Below are positions 1 through 7,056 of a stretch of 30,640 bases of DNA, in pieces. Source of the DNA: a virus (Duplodnaviria > Caudoviricetes); the IMG/VR virus record IMGVR_UViG_3300011339_000539, positions 1-30,640 of that record; one strand, given 5' to 3'. Below the pieces are notes generated by a model. It had not been told where the DNA came from and did not search any database. It saw nothing but the letters and a program-made list of their open reading frames with translations. The position numbers were made by a program, and so were the translations under genes. Every line of letters begins with the position of its first letter. Within the stretch, counting starts at the first letter, position 1.

Positions 1-1
1 C

Positions 2-421
2 GACAAGACGGTTGACTCAGTGAAGCAGGCTCTGGCAGGCGTCACACCTGATCAGATGCTGGCACTGAAGAAGGCCGACCAAGACTTCGCGCTGCAGATG
101 CAGGCCCTAGGCTTCAAGAACACTGCTGACATGGAAGCCATCGCAGCAGGTGACCGGGACAGTGCAAGGCGCATGCAAACAACCAAGCCTAGCCCGGTGC
201 CTGCCTTGCTGACGTGCTTCGTTGTGGGGGCCTTCACTGCCACGCTGGTGCTCCTACTGAAGTTCGACGTGCCTGCTACCAACAGAGACATCGTGGTGTA
301 CATGATCGGTCAACTCAGTGGGGGGTTCACCAGTGCGCTGGCCTTCTGGCTTGGCACCACACGGGACTCCGGCCGGAAGACGGAGCTGCTGGCACAGAGT
401 GCACCAGCTACAAGCCCCTGA
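2..421 (+). CDS. Putative holin (3TM/GTA-holin-like), 5' truncated by window edge
   Basis: Frame is open from base 2. Two C-terminal hydrophobic helices (ALLTCFVVGAFTATLVLLL; YMIGQLSGGFTSALAFWLG) follow a 'DRDSARRMQ' segment typical of this family. It lies at the end of the rightward arm, before a terminator. Confidence 0.6.
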   Translation, partial: DKTVDSVKQALAGVTPDQMLALKKADQDFALQMQALGFKNTADMEAIAAGDRDSARRMQTTKPSPVPALLTCFVVGAFTATLVLLLKFDVPATNRDIVVYMIGQLSGGFTSALAFWLGTTRDSGRKTELLAQSAPATSP

Positions 422-436
422 GATACCAATGGTATC
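422..436. promoter_or_regulatory. Palindromic site GATACC-N3-GGTATC (perfect copy)
   Basis: GATACCAATGGTATC. Other perfect copies are at 4954, 10988 and 25280. Confidence 0.6.
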
Positions 437-439
437 CAT

Positions 440-470
440 GTCAAAGGCCCCTCACGGGGCCTGACTTTTT
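440..470 (+). terminator. Rho-independent terminator
   Basis: AGGCCCC-TCAC-GGGGCCT stem extended by GTCA/TGAC and followed by TTTTT, just after the holin stop. Confidence 0.8.
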
Positions 471-482
471 ACTAGGGGGTAG

Positions 483-530
483 CCTAGGGTAAGGGCTAAA
501 AACCGACCTTACGATGTTTTTGCCCTTCGC
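483..530. repeat. Repeat element copy 1 (pair at 25343-25390)
   Basis: CCTTACGATGTTTTTGCCCTTCGC is identical at 507-530 and 25367-25390, with a similar CCTAGG...GGGC.AAAAAC upstream. Confidence 0.85.
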
Positions 531-533
531 TTG

Positions 534-782
534 CTAGTAAGCTGTAACCAGCACCGTCTTGCCCAGAGCACGGATACGGCTAGCACGCTCGTTGGCACGT
601 TCCATGGCGTACTCAGCAGTACCAACACCCTCTTCCAGCATCTTGCCGTTCATCTGAATGGTGTATGCCTTACCATAGGCTTCCACGATGATTTCCACTT
701 GCGCTGCACGCTTGGCACGCTTGGAGCCTGCTGTGCCCTTGAGGATGGCAATGGCGGTATCTAGGTGGCGAGTATCTGTCAT
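534..782 (-). CDS. Hypothetical protein (82 aa, MTDTRHL...)
   Basis: ATG at 782 lies downstream of a sigma70-like promoter, and the gene is in the same orientation as its neighbours. Confidence 0.7.
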   Translation of the reverse strand: MTDTRHLDTAIAILKGTAGSKRAKRAAQVEIIVEAYGKAYTIQMNGKMLEEGVGTAEYAMERANERASRIRALGKTVLVTAY

Positions 783-809
783 GGTGTGTTCCGAATAGTT
801 GATAGAAGT

Positions 810-839
810 ATTATCACGAACCCCCGAAGAGGTTCGCAA
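810..839 (-). promoter_or_regulatory. Sigma70-like promoter with hairpin in the spacer
   Basis: TTGCGA-N18-GATAAT on the minus strand. The spacer folds as CGAACCTC-TTCG-GGGGTTCG. Confidence 0.5.
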
Positions 840-848
840 GAGGTTTCG

Positions 849-1175
849 TTAACCTAGCAGATCACTGACTTCTTTGGAAGCTGCGTCGTGTTGCTTGCCT
901 GTGCGACGTTCGCGCTTGGGTGCTGGTGCAGGCGCAACGGGTGCCTCAGCCTTCACGGTCTTGGTGCGCTCGTACAGCACTTCCTGGATATCCCAGCCAT
1001 TCTTCTTGGCGGTACGACGGCAGCAGACTACCAGCTTACCTTCTTCGTTGATGGCAACGATGGGACGCTTGCGACCGTCTTGTGCTGCAACGGTCTTGGC
1101 TTTCGCCTTGCTGGTGATGGTGGGTGCCAGCTTGTGGGAAGTGGCTACTGCTACGGGGGTTGTGGTCTTAGACAT
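849..1175 (-). CDS. Hypothetical basic protein, paralog of 14658-14840
   Basis: AAGGA RBS. Shares the motif RxRP...G..VVCxxRTAxKNGWxI with the 14658-14840 protein and ends in SDLLG. Confidence 0.75.
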   Translation of the reverse strand: MSKTTTPVAVATSHKLAPTITSKAKAKTVAAQDGRKRPIVAINEEGKLVVCCRRTAKKNGWDIQEVLYERTKTVKAEAPVAPAPAPKRERRTGKQHDAASKEVSDLLG

Positions 1176-1238
1176 GGTGGAGTTCCTTTCAGGGTTGCTG
1201 AGTTGCCGAATGCCCCTCAGTGAACGTATTTTCGTACG

Positions 1239-1295
1239 TTCAAGAACTCCACCAAGACCTTTCGTGAAAGCCTTATCAAGACGTAGGGGTATTCA
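1239..1295 (-). repeat. Upstream regulatory repeat copy A (pair at 14887-14942)
   Basis: CCAAGACCTTTCG and CTTATCAAGA blocks are identical in both copies, and both precede the paralogous genes. Confidence 0.8.
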
Positions 1296-1517
1296 AATAT
1301 CCTTGCCTTGGTTCACGTACCCAGCGCCCGGTTCGCCCGTGTCGTACAGGCCTCCGAGCTTGTTCCAGATTGGGATATGACGAGGAGGTGCAGGTACTGT
1401 CGCTGGTGGCTTTTGGCAGCTACGTCCAGCACATTCACCACCGTCTTGCAACGGCCAGAAAATTCCTGTGTCTCCCGTGCATTCATCTGCTCCGAGTGGG
1501 CAAGTACATTTGCTCAT
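1293..1517 (-). CDS. Small Cys-rich hypothetical protein
   Basis: ATGA overlap with the DUF3310 gene stop. 74 aa with 5 Cys. Confidence 0.55.
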   Translation of the reverse strand: MSKCTCPLGADECTGDTGIFWPLQDGGECAGRSCQKPPATVPAPPRHIPIWNKLGGLYDTGEPGAGYVNQGKDI

Positions 1518-1933
1518 TTTGGCTCCCCTTGCTCGTCAAGCGCTGGTGCTGGGTACGTCTCGGAGATGAGGCGTTCTATGCGTGCCTGTAGCATGGTCAG
1601 GTCTTCGACGAACTGCCAGTTACACACGGAGTTGATGCAAGCGTACTCGACAGGCAACAAGCTGTTCGCCTCTGCATACTGCGTCATACGGGCGAAGCTG
1701 ACCATCTTGTGGCGTGGCATGCGTCCACCAGTGGTAGCCAACTCAATCAGCTTCTGGCAGAAGTGCAGAGCCTTCTCAGCATCTTCCTTGCCCTTCTTGA
1801 ATCGGTGCCGTGTGATGTACTTGCTGATCTGGCCTTCGAAGTAGCCTAGGTCCAGCTCGTGGCAGAGGTCCCAGTGCTGGAACGGGTTCTTGTAGTGGGT
1901 GCCTCCCACTTGAGTTGCGTTAGCGGTGCTCAT
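1514..1933 (-). CDS. DUF3310 family protein (T7 gp1.7-like nucleotide kinase domain)
   Basis: Pattern QVGGTHYK...GYFEGQISKYITRHRFKKGKEDAEKALHF. Translationally coupled to the HD gene. Confidence 0.75.
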   Translation of the reverse strand: MSTANATQVGGTHYKNPFQHWDLCHELDLGYFEGQISKYITRHRFKKGKEDAEKALHFCQKLIELATTGGRMPRHKMVSFARMTQYAEANSLLPVEYACINSVCNWQFVEDLTMLQARIERLISETYPAPALDEQGEPK

Positions 1934-2469
1934 GCGTTCATCTCCAATTCTGCACCTGTTGCTGGTGCTATTCCAAGGGTCCAGGCGTCGGCAACAACCT
2001 CATCGGTCAACTCCTGTGCGTTATCAGGCATCATCGCAGCCAGTATCCATCCGAGCCCACGCGCTACCGTTGTTCGGCAATACGAGTTGCCCAGACGAAC
2101 TTCTTCCAGGCACCATAGCACCAGCTCCATGCGGTCAGCCCACTTCAGCAAGATGGCCTCAGGCACGGTGATTTGGAAGTCCTGGTACAGGGGCTTCAGG
2201 TCTTCCTCGATGCTGTCCATCAGCGGTCCCAGCTCTGGGTGTACGCGCTTGATGGGAGCAGGTATATCACCAGTGAACAATTCGGGGAGGTCATGGTGCA
2301 GCACTGCGTTCATCAGGTTCTTGGTACACAACGGATTGACCTGCTTGACGAGCATCAGCATGCCGAACGTGTGTTCTGCGATTGTCTGCGTGCGGTGCGT
2401 GCGCTTCACGTGGTAGCGCTTCACAGCGCCAGCATCACGGTACAGTGTGGCTTCTACGAGGGCCTTCAT
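1930..2469 (-). CDS. HD-domain deoxynucleotide phosphohydrolase (YfbR/DatZ-like)
   Basis: VKRYH...QTIAEHT...HHDLPELFTGDIPAPIK...ADRME motifs. Start moved to the ATG at 2469 (ATGA overlap with the upstream gene). Confidence 0.85.
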   Translation of the reverse strand: MKALVEATLYRDAGAVKRYHVKRTHRTQTIAEHTFGMLMLVKQVNPLCTKNLMNAVLHHDLPELFTGDIPAPIKRVHPELGPLMDSIEEDLKPLYQDFQITVPEAILLKWADRMELVLWCLEEVRLGNSYCRTTVARGLGWILAAMMPDNAQELTDEVVADAWTLGIAPATGAELEMNA

Positions 2470-3515
2470 GCCAGCACCACTTTCTTGTCGGCTGCACGAT
2501 GAGCACGACGTTGCACCCACTCGAACATCGCCAGACGCCAGTCCTCGGCAGGCAGCTCTTGGAGAATCGCCATGGAGCTGGTGTAGAGCTTCGCCTTGTA
2601 CATGTCGTACGCACGTACAACAGGCTCAACCACGTTACGCCCGAACTCGGACACGTACTCCACCGTACGAAGGTCTTCACCCTGCTCGACTTGCGTAGCC
2701 ATGCGGATGCAGTCATAGTACAACATGAGCGCGTCTTCCGCATCGGTTGCCAGTGGGTACGGATGCACCGAGTCCATAGAGTAAGGGTTGTGAACGTGAC
2801 CATGCTCGTACTGCCCATCACGGAACTTCAGCCAGAACGGGTTGTCCGTGTACACGTGATAGTTGTTGGACTGCTGAACGTAGTAGCCTACCTTCACGCC
2901 CACACTGATGGCGATGAACTCTTGCAGGATGCTGAACTGCACTGCGTTGGCACCGTATGCGCCCCACACAGCGTCGTTGCTTCGGTTGCACACCGTCATG
3001 TTGAGCTGGTCTTCCACGATGTCCAGCATGACCATGTCGTTGCAGGGCATATCCTTGGTTGACTTGCCCAAATCCATGATAGGGTTCCAGATGCTCAGCA
3101 CGACTTGCCGTGTGTCTGGCTTGCTGCGCAGGATTTCGATAGCACGGTCAATCTGGTCGAAGCCGAAAGCGTTGCGCAGACGGTGACCATACGCACCATG
3201 GAACACCACACCATCATCGCTGAACTGGCTGATGTTGTCCAGGAAGTACTTGGGTAGTTCGACCCGGTTGCTACCTGACAGAATCCACAGGGACTCGATC
3301 AGGTGGAAGAACGGGTTAGCGTCACGGATGGCGTCGAACAGCACGCGCTGACGGGGCTGCGAGTACACGGTACTGACAGGGCCTGGAACCCGCATGGTAG
3401 TCAAACCACGGGACTCGGAGAGCACGCCACGCTCTTGCAGCAGCTTCAAGCCCAGAGGCAGGGCTTCGTTGACGTTGTTGACGCGCAGGATAGCGCCATA
3501 ACGGTTGTCGTTCAT
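2466..3515 (-). CDS. Thymidylate synthase-superfamily enzyme, probable dUMP hydroxymethylase
   Basis: NPFFHLIESLW, GAYGHRLR, catalytic PC (KDMPCND), NRSNDAVWGAYGAN (Asn at the dUMP-specificity position) and NYHVY. Neighbours are hypermodification genes. Confidence 0.85.
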   Translation of the reverse strand: MNDNRYGAILRVNNVNEALPLGLKLLQERGVLSESRGLTTMRVPGPVSTVYSQPRQRVLFDAIRDANPFFHLIESLWILSGSNRVELPKYFLDNISQFSDDGVVFHGAYGHRLRNAFGFDQIDRAIEILRSKPDTRQVVLSIWNPIMDLGKSTKDMPCNDMVMLDIVEDQLNMTVCNRSNDAVWGAYGANAVQFSILQEFIAISVGVKVGYYVQQSNNYHVYTDNPFWLKFRDGQYEHGHVHNPYSMDSVHPYPLATDAEDALMLYYDCIRMATQVEQGEDLRTVEYVSEFGRNVVEPVVRAYDMYKAKLYTSSMAILQELPAEDWRLAMFEWVQRRAHRAADKKVVLA

Positions 3516-3528
3516 GTTGTGTTGCCTT

Positions 3529-4107
3529 TCAGAGAAGATCATCTACGCTGGGTTCAGGGAGACCCAGCAGCTCCAGCGTCAGGTTGTACGCCTGACGGTA
3601 TTGTACACGGTGTACTTCAAGACCTGCTCGTTCAAGACGGTCTGCCCAACTACGTGCAGACGCCAGCTTGCGGTACAGGTTCTTGGGGTCGTAGGGCTTG
3701 GTTGTGCCCTTGGCTGCACGACGCTTCAGCACGTTCTTGATACAGATGGTTTCGGGCGTATCCAGCAGGATGAACACGGCACGGTCAAAGTAACTGGCGA
3801 ACGTTGCGCAAGTGTCCACGCCTGGAGTGACCAGTCCTTCAGCGAATACGTTGCGCACGAAGGCCACGTTCTCCTTGAGCACGTCGTGTAGGGCTGCATA
3901 GGGCTGCATACCGTCTACACCCCCACAAGCGTTGCCGTACTTGCCAGCCAGAACCACGCCAGCGGTCCCAGTGTGCGTCCAGGTAGCCTTGGGGCTATGC
4001 ACCAGCTTGGACACGCCTTGCGCACCACCACCAGCAGCCAGCACAGCACGGGCGAGGGTGCTCTTGCCACTCCCATTCGTGCCATGCACATAGACCAGCG
4101 TGGTCAC
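3529..4107 (-). CDS. P-loop kinase, probable 5-hmdU DNA kinase
   Basis: Walker A GTNGSGKST, then GKYGNACGGVD and FAEG motifs. Sits between the hydroxymethylase and the transferase. Confidence 0.75.
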   Translation of the reverse strand: MTTLVYVHGTNGSGKSTLARAVLAAGGGAQGVSKLVHSPKATWTHTGTAGVVLAGKYGNACGGVDGMQPYAALHDVLKENVAFVRNVFAEGLVTPGVDTCATFASYFDRAVFILLDTPETICIKNVLKRRAAKGTTKPYDPKNLYRKLASARSWADRLERAGLEVHRVQYRQAYNLTLELLGLPEPSVDDLL

Positions 4108-4937
4108 AGGTGACTCGCTACTTCTACGAGCGTTGGCTCGTCCCAGATGCCACCAGCGTACAGACCATCAAGCAGCTTCTGTGCCGTAGGTGTTTCTGCA
4201 ACCATGCCCTTCAGCCTGTTGTACGCCTTGGCACTACGGAAGCCGAACTTGTAGTCGCCGACCACGTGCTGCTTGAACACACAGCACACGGTCTCAGCTT
4301 CCTGCAGAGCCAGCTTGCGGCCTTCCTTCACCGGATAGGCCAGCTTGCTCACATGTGCTGTGACCACACCCATGATGATCTCGAGCGTGAACAGGTTCTC
4401 CATGTCACCGATCATGTCAGCACCCTGCTTCGGTACCTTCGGCATGTACTTCTCACAGCCAGTGAAGTCCACGGGTTTGCCCATCACCGTGTCTTGGATA
4501 TCCGCCAGCTTCCAGTAGAAGTAGTCGCCCATCTGTGCCATGTGGGACATGTTCTTGCGCACCTGTAGATACGACGAGGCGAAGCAGGCTTCGATCATGG
4601 CTTCAGGCTTGGGGTACAACGACTGCCATTGAGCCAACGCCTTCAGCCCGGACTGCCCACGGAAGTGCCGACGCTCTGAAGCACGCTTTGCATGCGGGTA
4701 CACGTAGCGCAGGAACTCATAGAACTTGGCACCCTGGAAGTCACTGGCACGCGCTGCCAGACCAGGATTGTAGAACGTACACCACGCCAGCACGTAGCGA
4801 AGCTTCTGTGCCAGTGGTAGGTCAGCGCGACGCAACAGCATGTATCCGGGGTCAGCGTCCTCGAGCTTGAACATCTGGTTAGCGAACTTACGCCAGTCAC
4901 CCGTGTGGTCTGTGGATACCAAAGGTTTTACATTCAC
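4104..4937 (-). CDS. Amino acid:DNA transferase (aGPT-Pplase2/AADT family)
   Basis: DADPGY, TFYNPGLA, RASERRHFRG, GDYFYWKLAD and EAETVCC motifs resemble M6/PaMx11/ViI-type transferases. GTG start with CAGGAG RBS. Confidence 0.75.
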   Translation of the reverse strand: MNVKPLVSTDHTGDWRKFANQMFKLEDADPGYMLLRRADLPLAQKLRYVLAWCTFYNPGLAARASDFQGAKFYEFLRYVYPHAKRASERRHFRGQSGLKALAQWQSLYPKPEAMIEACFASSYLQVRKNMSHMAQMGDYFYWKLADIQDTVMGKPVDFTGCEKYMPKVPKQGADMIGDMENLFTLEIIMGVVTAHVSKLAYPVKEGRKLALQEAETVCCVFKQHVVGDYKFGFRSAKAYNRLKGMVAETPTAQKLLDGLYAGGIWDEPTLVEVASHL

Positions 4938-4953
4938 GTCTATCTCCTGTTGT

Positions 4954-4968
4954 GATACCTACGGTATC
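4954..4968. promoter_or_regulatory. Palindromic site GATACC-N3-GGTATC (perfect copy)
   Basis: GATACCTACGGTATC in the short intergenic gap just upstream of the transferase RBS. Confidence 0.6.
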
Positions 4969-4982
4969 GGTTGATGAAAAGC

Positions 4983-6416
4983 CTATGCCAGGAGTTCCTG
5001 GACTTCGCGGTATTCTTTGAGCATCTTGAACACTGCCCGTTCGTCTGCATGGCGCACACGCTGGGTCTGCAACATAACCTCATCCACGGTGTCTCGTGCG
5101 ATTATGTGCTTCACCATCACGTGGTCGCGTCCTGTACTGATCTGCCGTGCTGCACCAATGCGTTCGATCACCTGAGCGTAGAACTCACGACCCCAGAGCA
5201 TGCTGTAGAAGACGATCGTGTTGCCACCACCTTGCAGGTTCAGTCCGTGGCCTGCACCTTGCGGATGTACGAACATCACGGGGTGCTTACCAGCGTTCCA
5301 CTCGTCTTGCAGCTTCGCTAGCATGCGTTCGTTCTTGCAGTCGGCGATCGCTGGTGCCTTGGGGAACATGCTCTTCAGGCGTGCCAGATCAGGCTTGAAC
5401 CAGTACGCCACCAGCACGTTCCCACCAACACCGTCGATGACCTCGTGCAGTGCTTCCATCTTGGCGTCATGCACTGCCTGCCATGTCTTAGCACCAGCTT
5501 CGTCTTCCAGGTAGATGAACCCGTTGGCTAGTTGCCAGCACTTGGACGACAAGCTCGCCGCGCTGAGGGCCTCGGTGCTACCCATCTCCATCTCAAGGAA
5601 CATCTCCTTCTCGAGCTGCTTATACGTCTTCCGTGCTGTTGGTGGGAGATCAACGTAGACCTCTTGCTTGATGGTGGGAGGCAGCTCCAGCCAGTCCTCG
5701 GCACGCATGGTGAGCACCAGTGGGCTGATGAGCTCGGTGATCTGCTGCTCAGCGGTGAGGTCTGGCGTATATCCGAACTGTGTACGTGACCCGTTCTCAC
5801 GCTCCTTACCCGGTGTGAAGAACCTGCTACGGTAACGCTCCACTTGAGCACCCAGACGCTGGCCTTCATCCAGTATGAATATCTGTGACCACAAGTCCAG
5901 CAGACCCTTGGGTGCAGGCGTGCCAGTCAGAATCACACGACGGTCGAAGCGCTTGACTTGGTAGCGCAGTGATGAGAAGCGCTTGCTCTTGGGTGTCTTG
6001 AACATGCTGGACTCGTCGATGACGAGCATGTCGTAGGGCCATCCGTACTTGCGAGCACGCCCACGCAACACGTTCAGCAGCCAACGGAAGTTGTCCACGT
6101 TGATCACGTGTATCTGTGCGCTACTGTTAATCGCCAGTAAGCGCTGACGCTCGTTGCCTGTGAGCATCTTGAACGTCAGGTGTTTCGTGTGTTGCCACTT
6201 CTTCGCTTCTTGACGCCACACACCCTGAGCAGGTCTCAGCGGTGCCACCAGCAGTATCTTGTTCACCACACCAGCGCTCAGCAGGTCCGCAGCAGCAGTG
6301 AGCGTGATGATAGTCTTACCTAAGCCCATGTCCAGGAACAGGCCAGCACGACGGTGCTTCTTGACGAAGTCGACGCCCTTGCCTTGGTACTTGCGAAGGT
6401 CTTTACGTTGCAGCAT
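4983..6416 (-). CDS. SNF2-family (SF2) helicase
   Basis: LDMGLGKT, VIDESS, LTGTP, GHGLNLQ and QVIERI motifs. Confidence 0.9.
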   Translation of the reverse strand: MLQRKDLRKYQGKGVDFVKKHRRAGLFLDMGLGKTIITLTAAADLLSAGVVNKILLVAPLRPAQGVWRQEAKKWQHTKHLTFKMLTGNERQRLLAINSSAQIHVINVDNFRWLLNVLRGRARKYGWPYDMLVIDESSMFKTPKSKRFSSLRYQVKRFDRRVILTGTPAPKGLLDLWSQIFILDEGQRLGAQVERYRSRFFTPGKERENGSRTQFGYTPDLTAEQQITELISPLVLTMRAEDWLELPPTIKQEVYVDLPPTARKTYKQLEKEMFLEMEMGSTEALSAASLSSKCWQLANGFIYLEDEAGAKTWQAVHDAKMEALHEVIDGVGGNVLVAYWFKPDLARLKSMFPKAPAIADCKNERMLAKLQDEWNAGKHPVMFVHPQGAGHGLNLQGGGNTIVFYSMLWGREFYAQVIERIGAARQISTGRDHVMVKHIIARDTVDEVMLQTQRVRHADERAVFKMLKEYREVQELLA

Positions 6417-6627
6417 ACGTGCTCCTCAAATGGCCGATAGCGGTGAACAGGCAGTTAGTTCGGAGCACCTTCTTCGGTGGGGACAGACGATACTCCACAC
6501 CTTGAGGCTGCACATACACGTCAAAGAACCCGTCTTTCACCTTATGCTCAACGAAGCCACGTTCACCAGCTTCGGCGATATGCAGGCGTCTACGCTTGTG
6601 TGGGGTCGTGTACCAACGTGCGTTCAC
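6403..6627 (-). CDS. Hypothetical protein (74 aa, MNARWYTT...)
   Basis: GTG start overlaps the upstream TGA (GTGA), and the ORF overlaps the helicase start. Confidence 0.55.
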   Translation of the reverse strand: MNARWYTTPHKRRRLHIAEAGERGFVEHKVKDGFFDVYVQPQGVEYRLSPPKKVLRTNCLFTAIGHLRSTYAAT

Positions 6628-6758
6628 AGCAAGATACCAACGGTAGCACACACCAGCAGGAAGGCCACACCGTAGCACACCCAGCTCTGCCACGTGTCTG
6701 CGGGATACACCTGCACCCACATACCGTCTATCATCACATACGCCTTAGCTTTCAACAT
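6624..6758 (-). CDS. Small membrane protein (44 aa), absent from the ORF track
   Basis: AAGGA RBS and ATG at 6758. Translates to MLKAKAYVMIDGMWVQVYPADTWQSWVCYGVAFLLVCATVGILL with a C-terminal TM helix. Confidence 0.6.
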   Translation of the reverse strand: MLKAKAYVMIDGMWVQVYPADTWQSWVCYGVAFLLVCATVGILL

Positions 6759-7056
6759 GATATTCCTTCAAGGATTGTTCAACAAGGACCTTAGTATGGC
6801 ACACATGTACCGTAAAGCCCATCTTCAAGAGTTTCGTGTGCCAACGTAGTTGCAAGGGCTCATAGCTGCCACCAACAGGACGCTTCAGCTCGTAGAACAG
6901 CACGATGCCTCCAGGTAGCAGCACGATGCGGTCTGGGATACCACGCACGCCGAATGGGTTGAGCTTGATGCACAGGCCACGCATGGTCTTCACCAACTTG
7001 CGCAAGTGGTTCTCTACCGAGTCTTCCGTGGCTAGTCTTTCCGATACCGTACGCAT
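6745..7056 (-). CDS. VRR-NUC domain nuclease
   Basis: EDSVE...GIPDRIV...FYELKRP...LQ..WH PD-(D/E)xK pattern. Start is uncertain. Confidence 0.85.
   Translation of the reverse strand: MRTVSERLATEDSVENHLRKLVKTMRGLCIKLNPFGVRGIPDRIVLLPGGIVLFYELKRPVGGSYEPLQLRWHTKLLKMGFTVHVCHTKVLVEQSLKEYHVES

Noticed and set aside
1930-2469. Z-genome (2-aminoadenine) system suggested by the DatZ-like HD enzyme
   Set aside because: No PurZ is present in the window, and the context points to pyrimidine modification.
2466-3515. Ordinary thymidylate synthase (thyA) or dCMP hydroxymethylase
   Set aside because: Asn rather than Asp at the specificity position argues against dCMP as substrate. The kinase and transferase neighbours favour dUMP hydroxymethylase over ThyA, although this is unproven.
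6403-6720. 105-aa ORF as given in the track
   Set aside because: Better explained as two coupled genes, 6624-6758 and 6403-6627.
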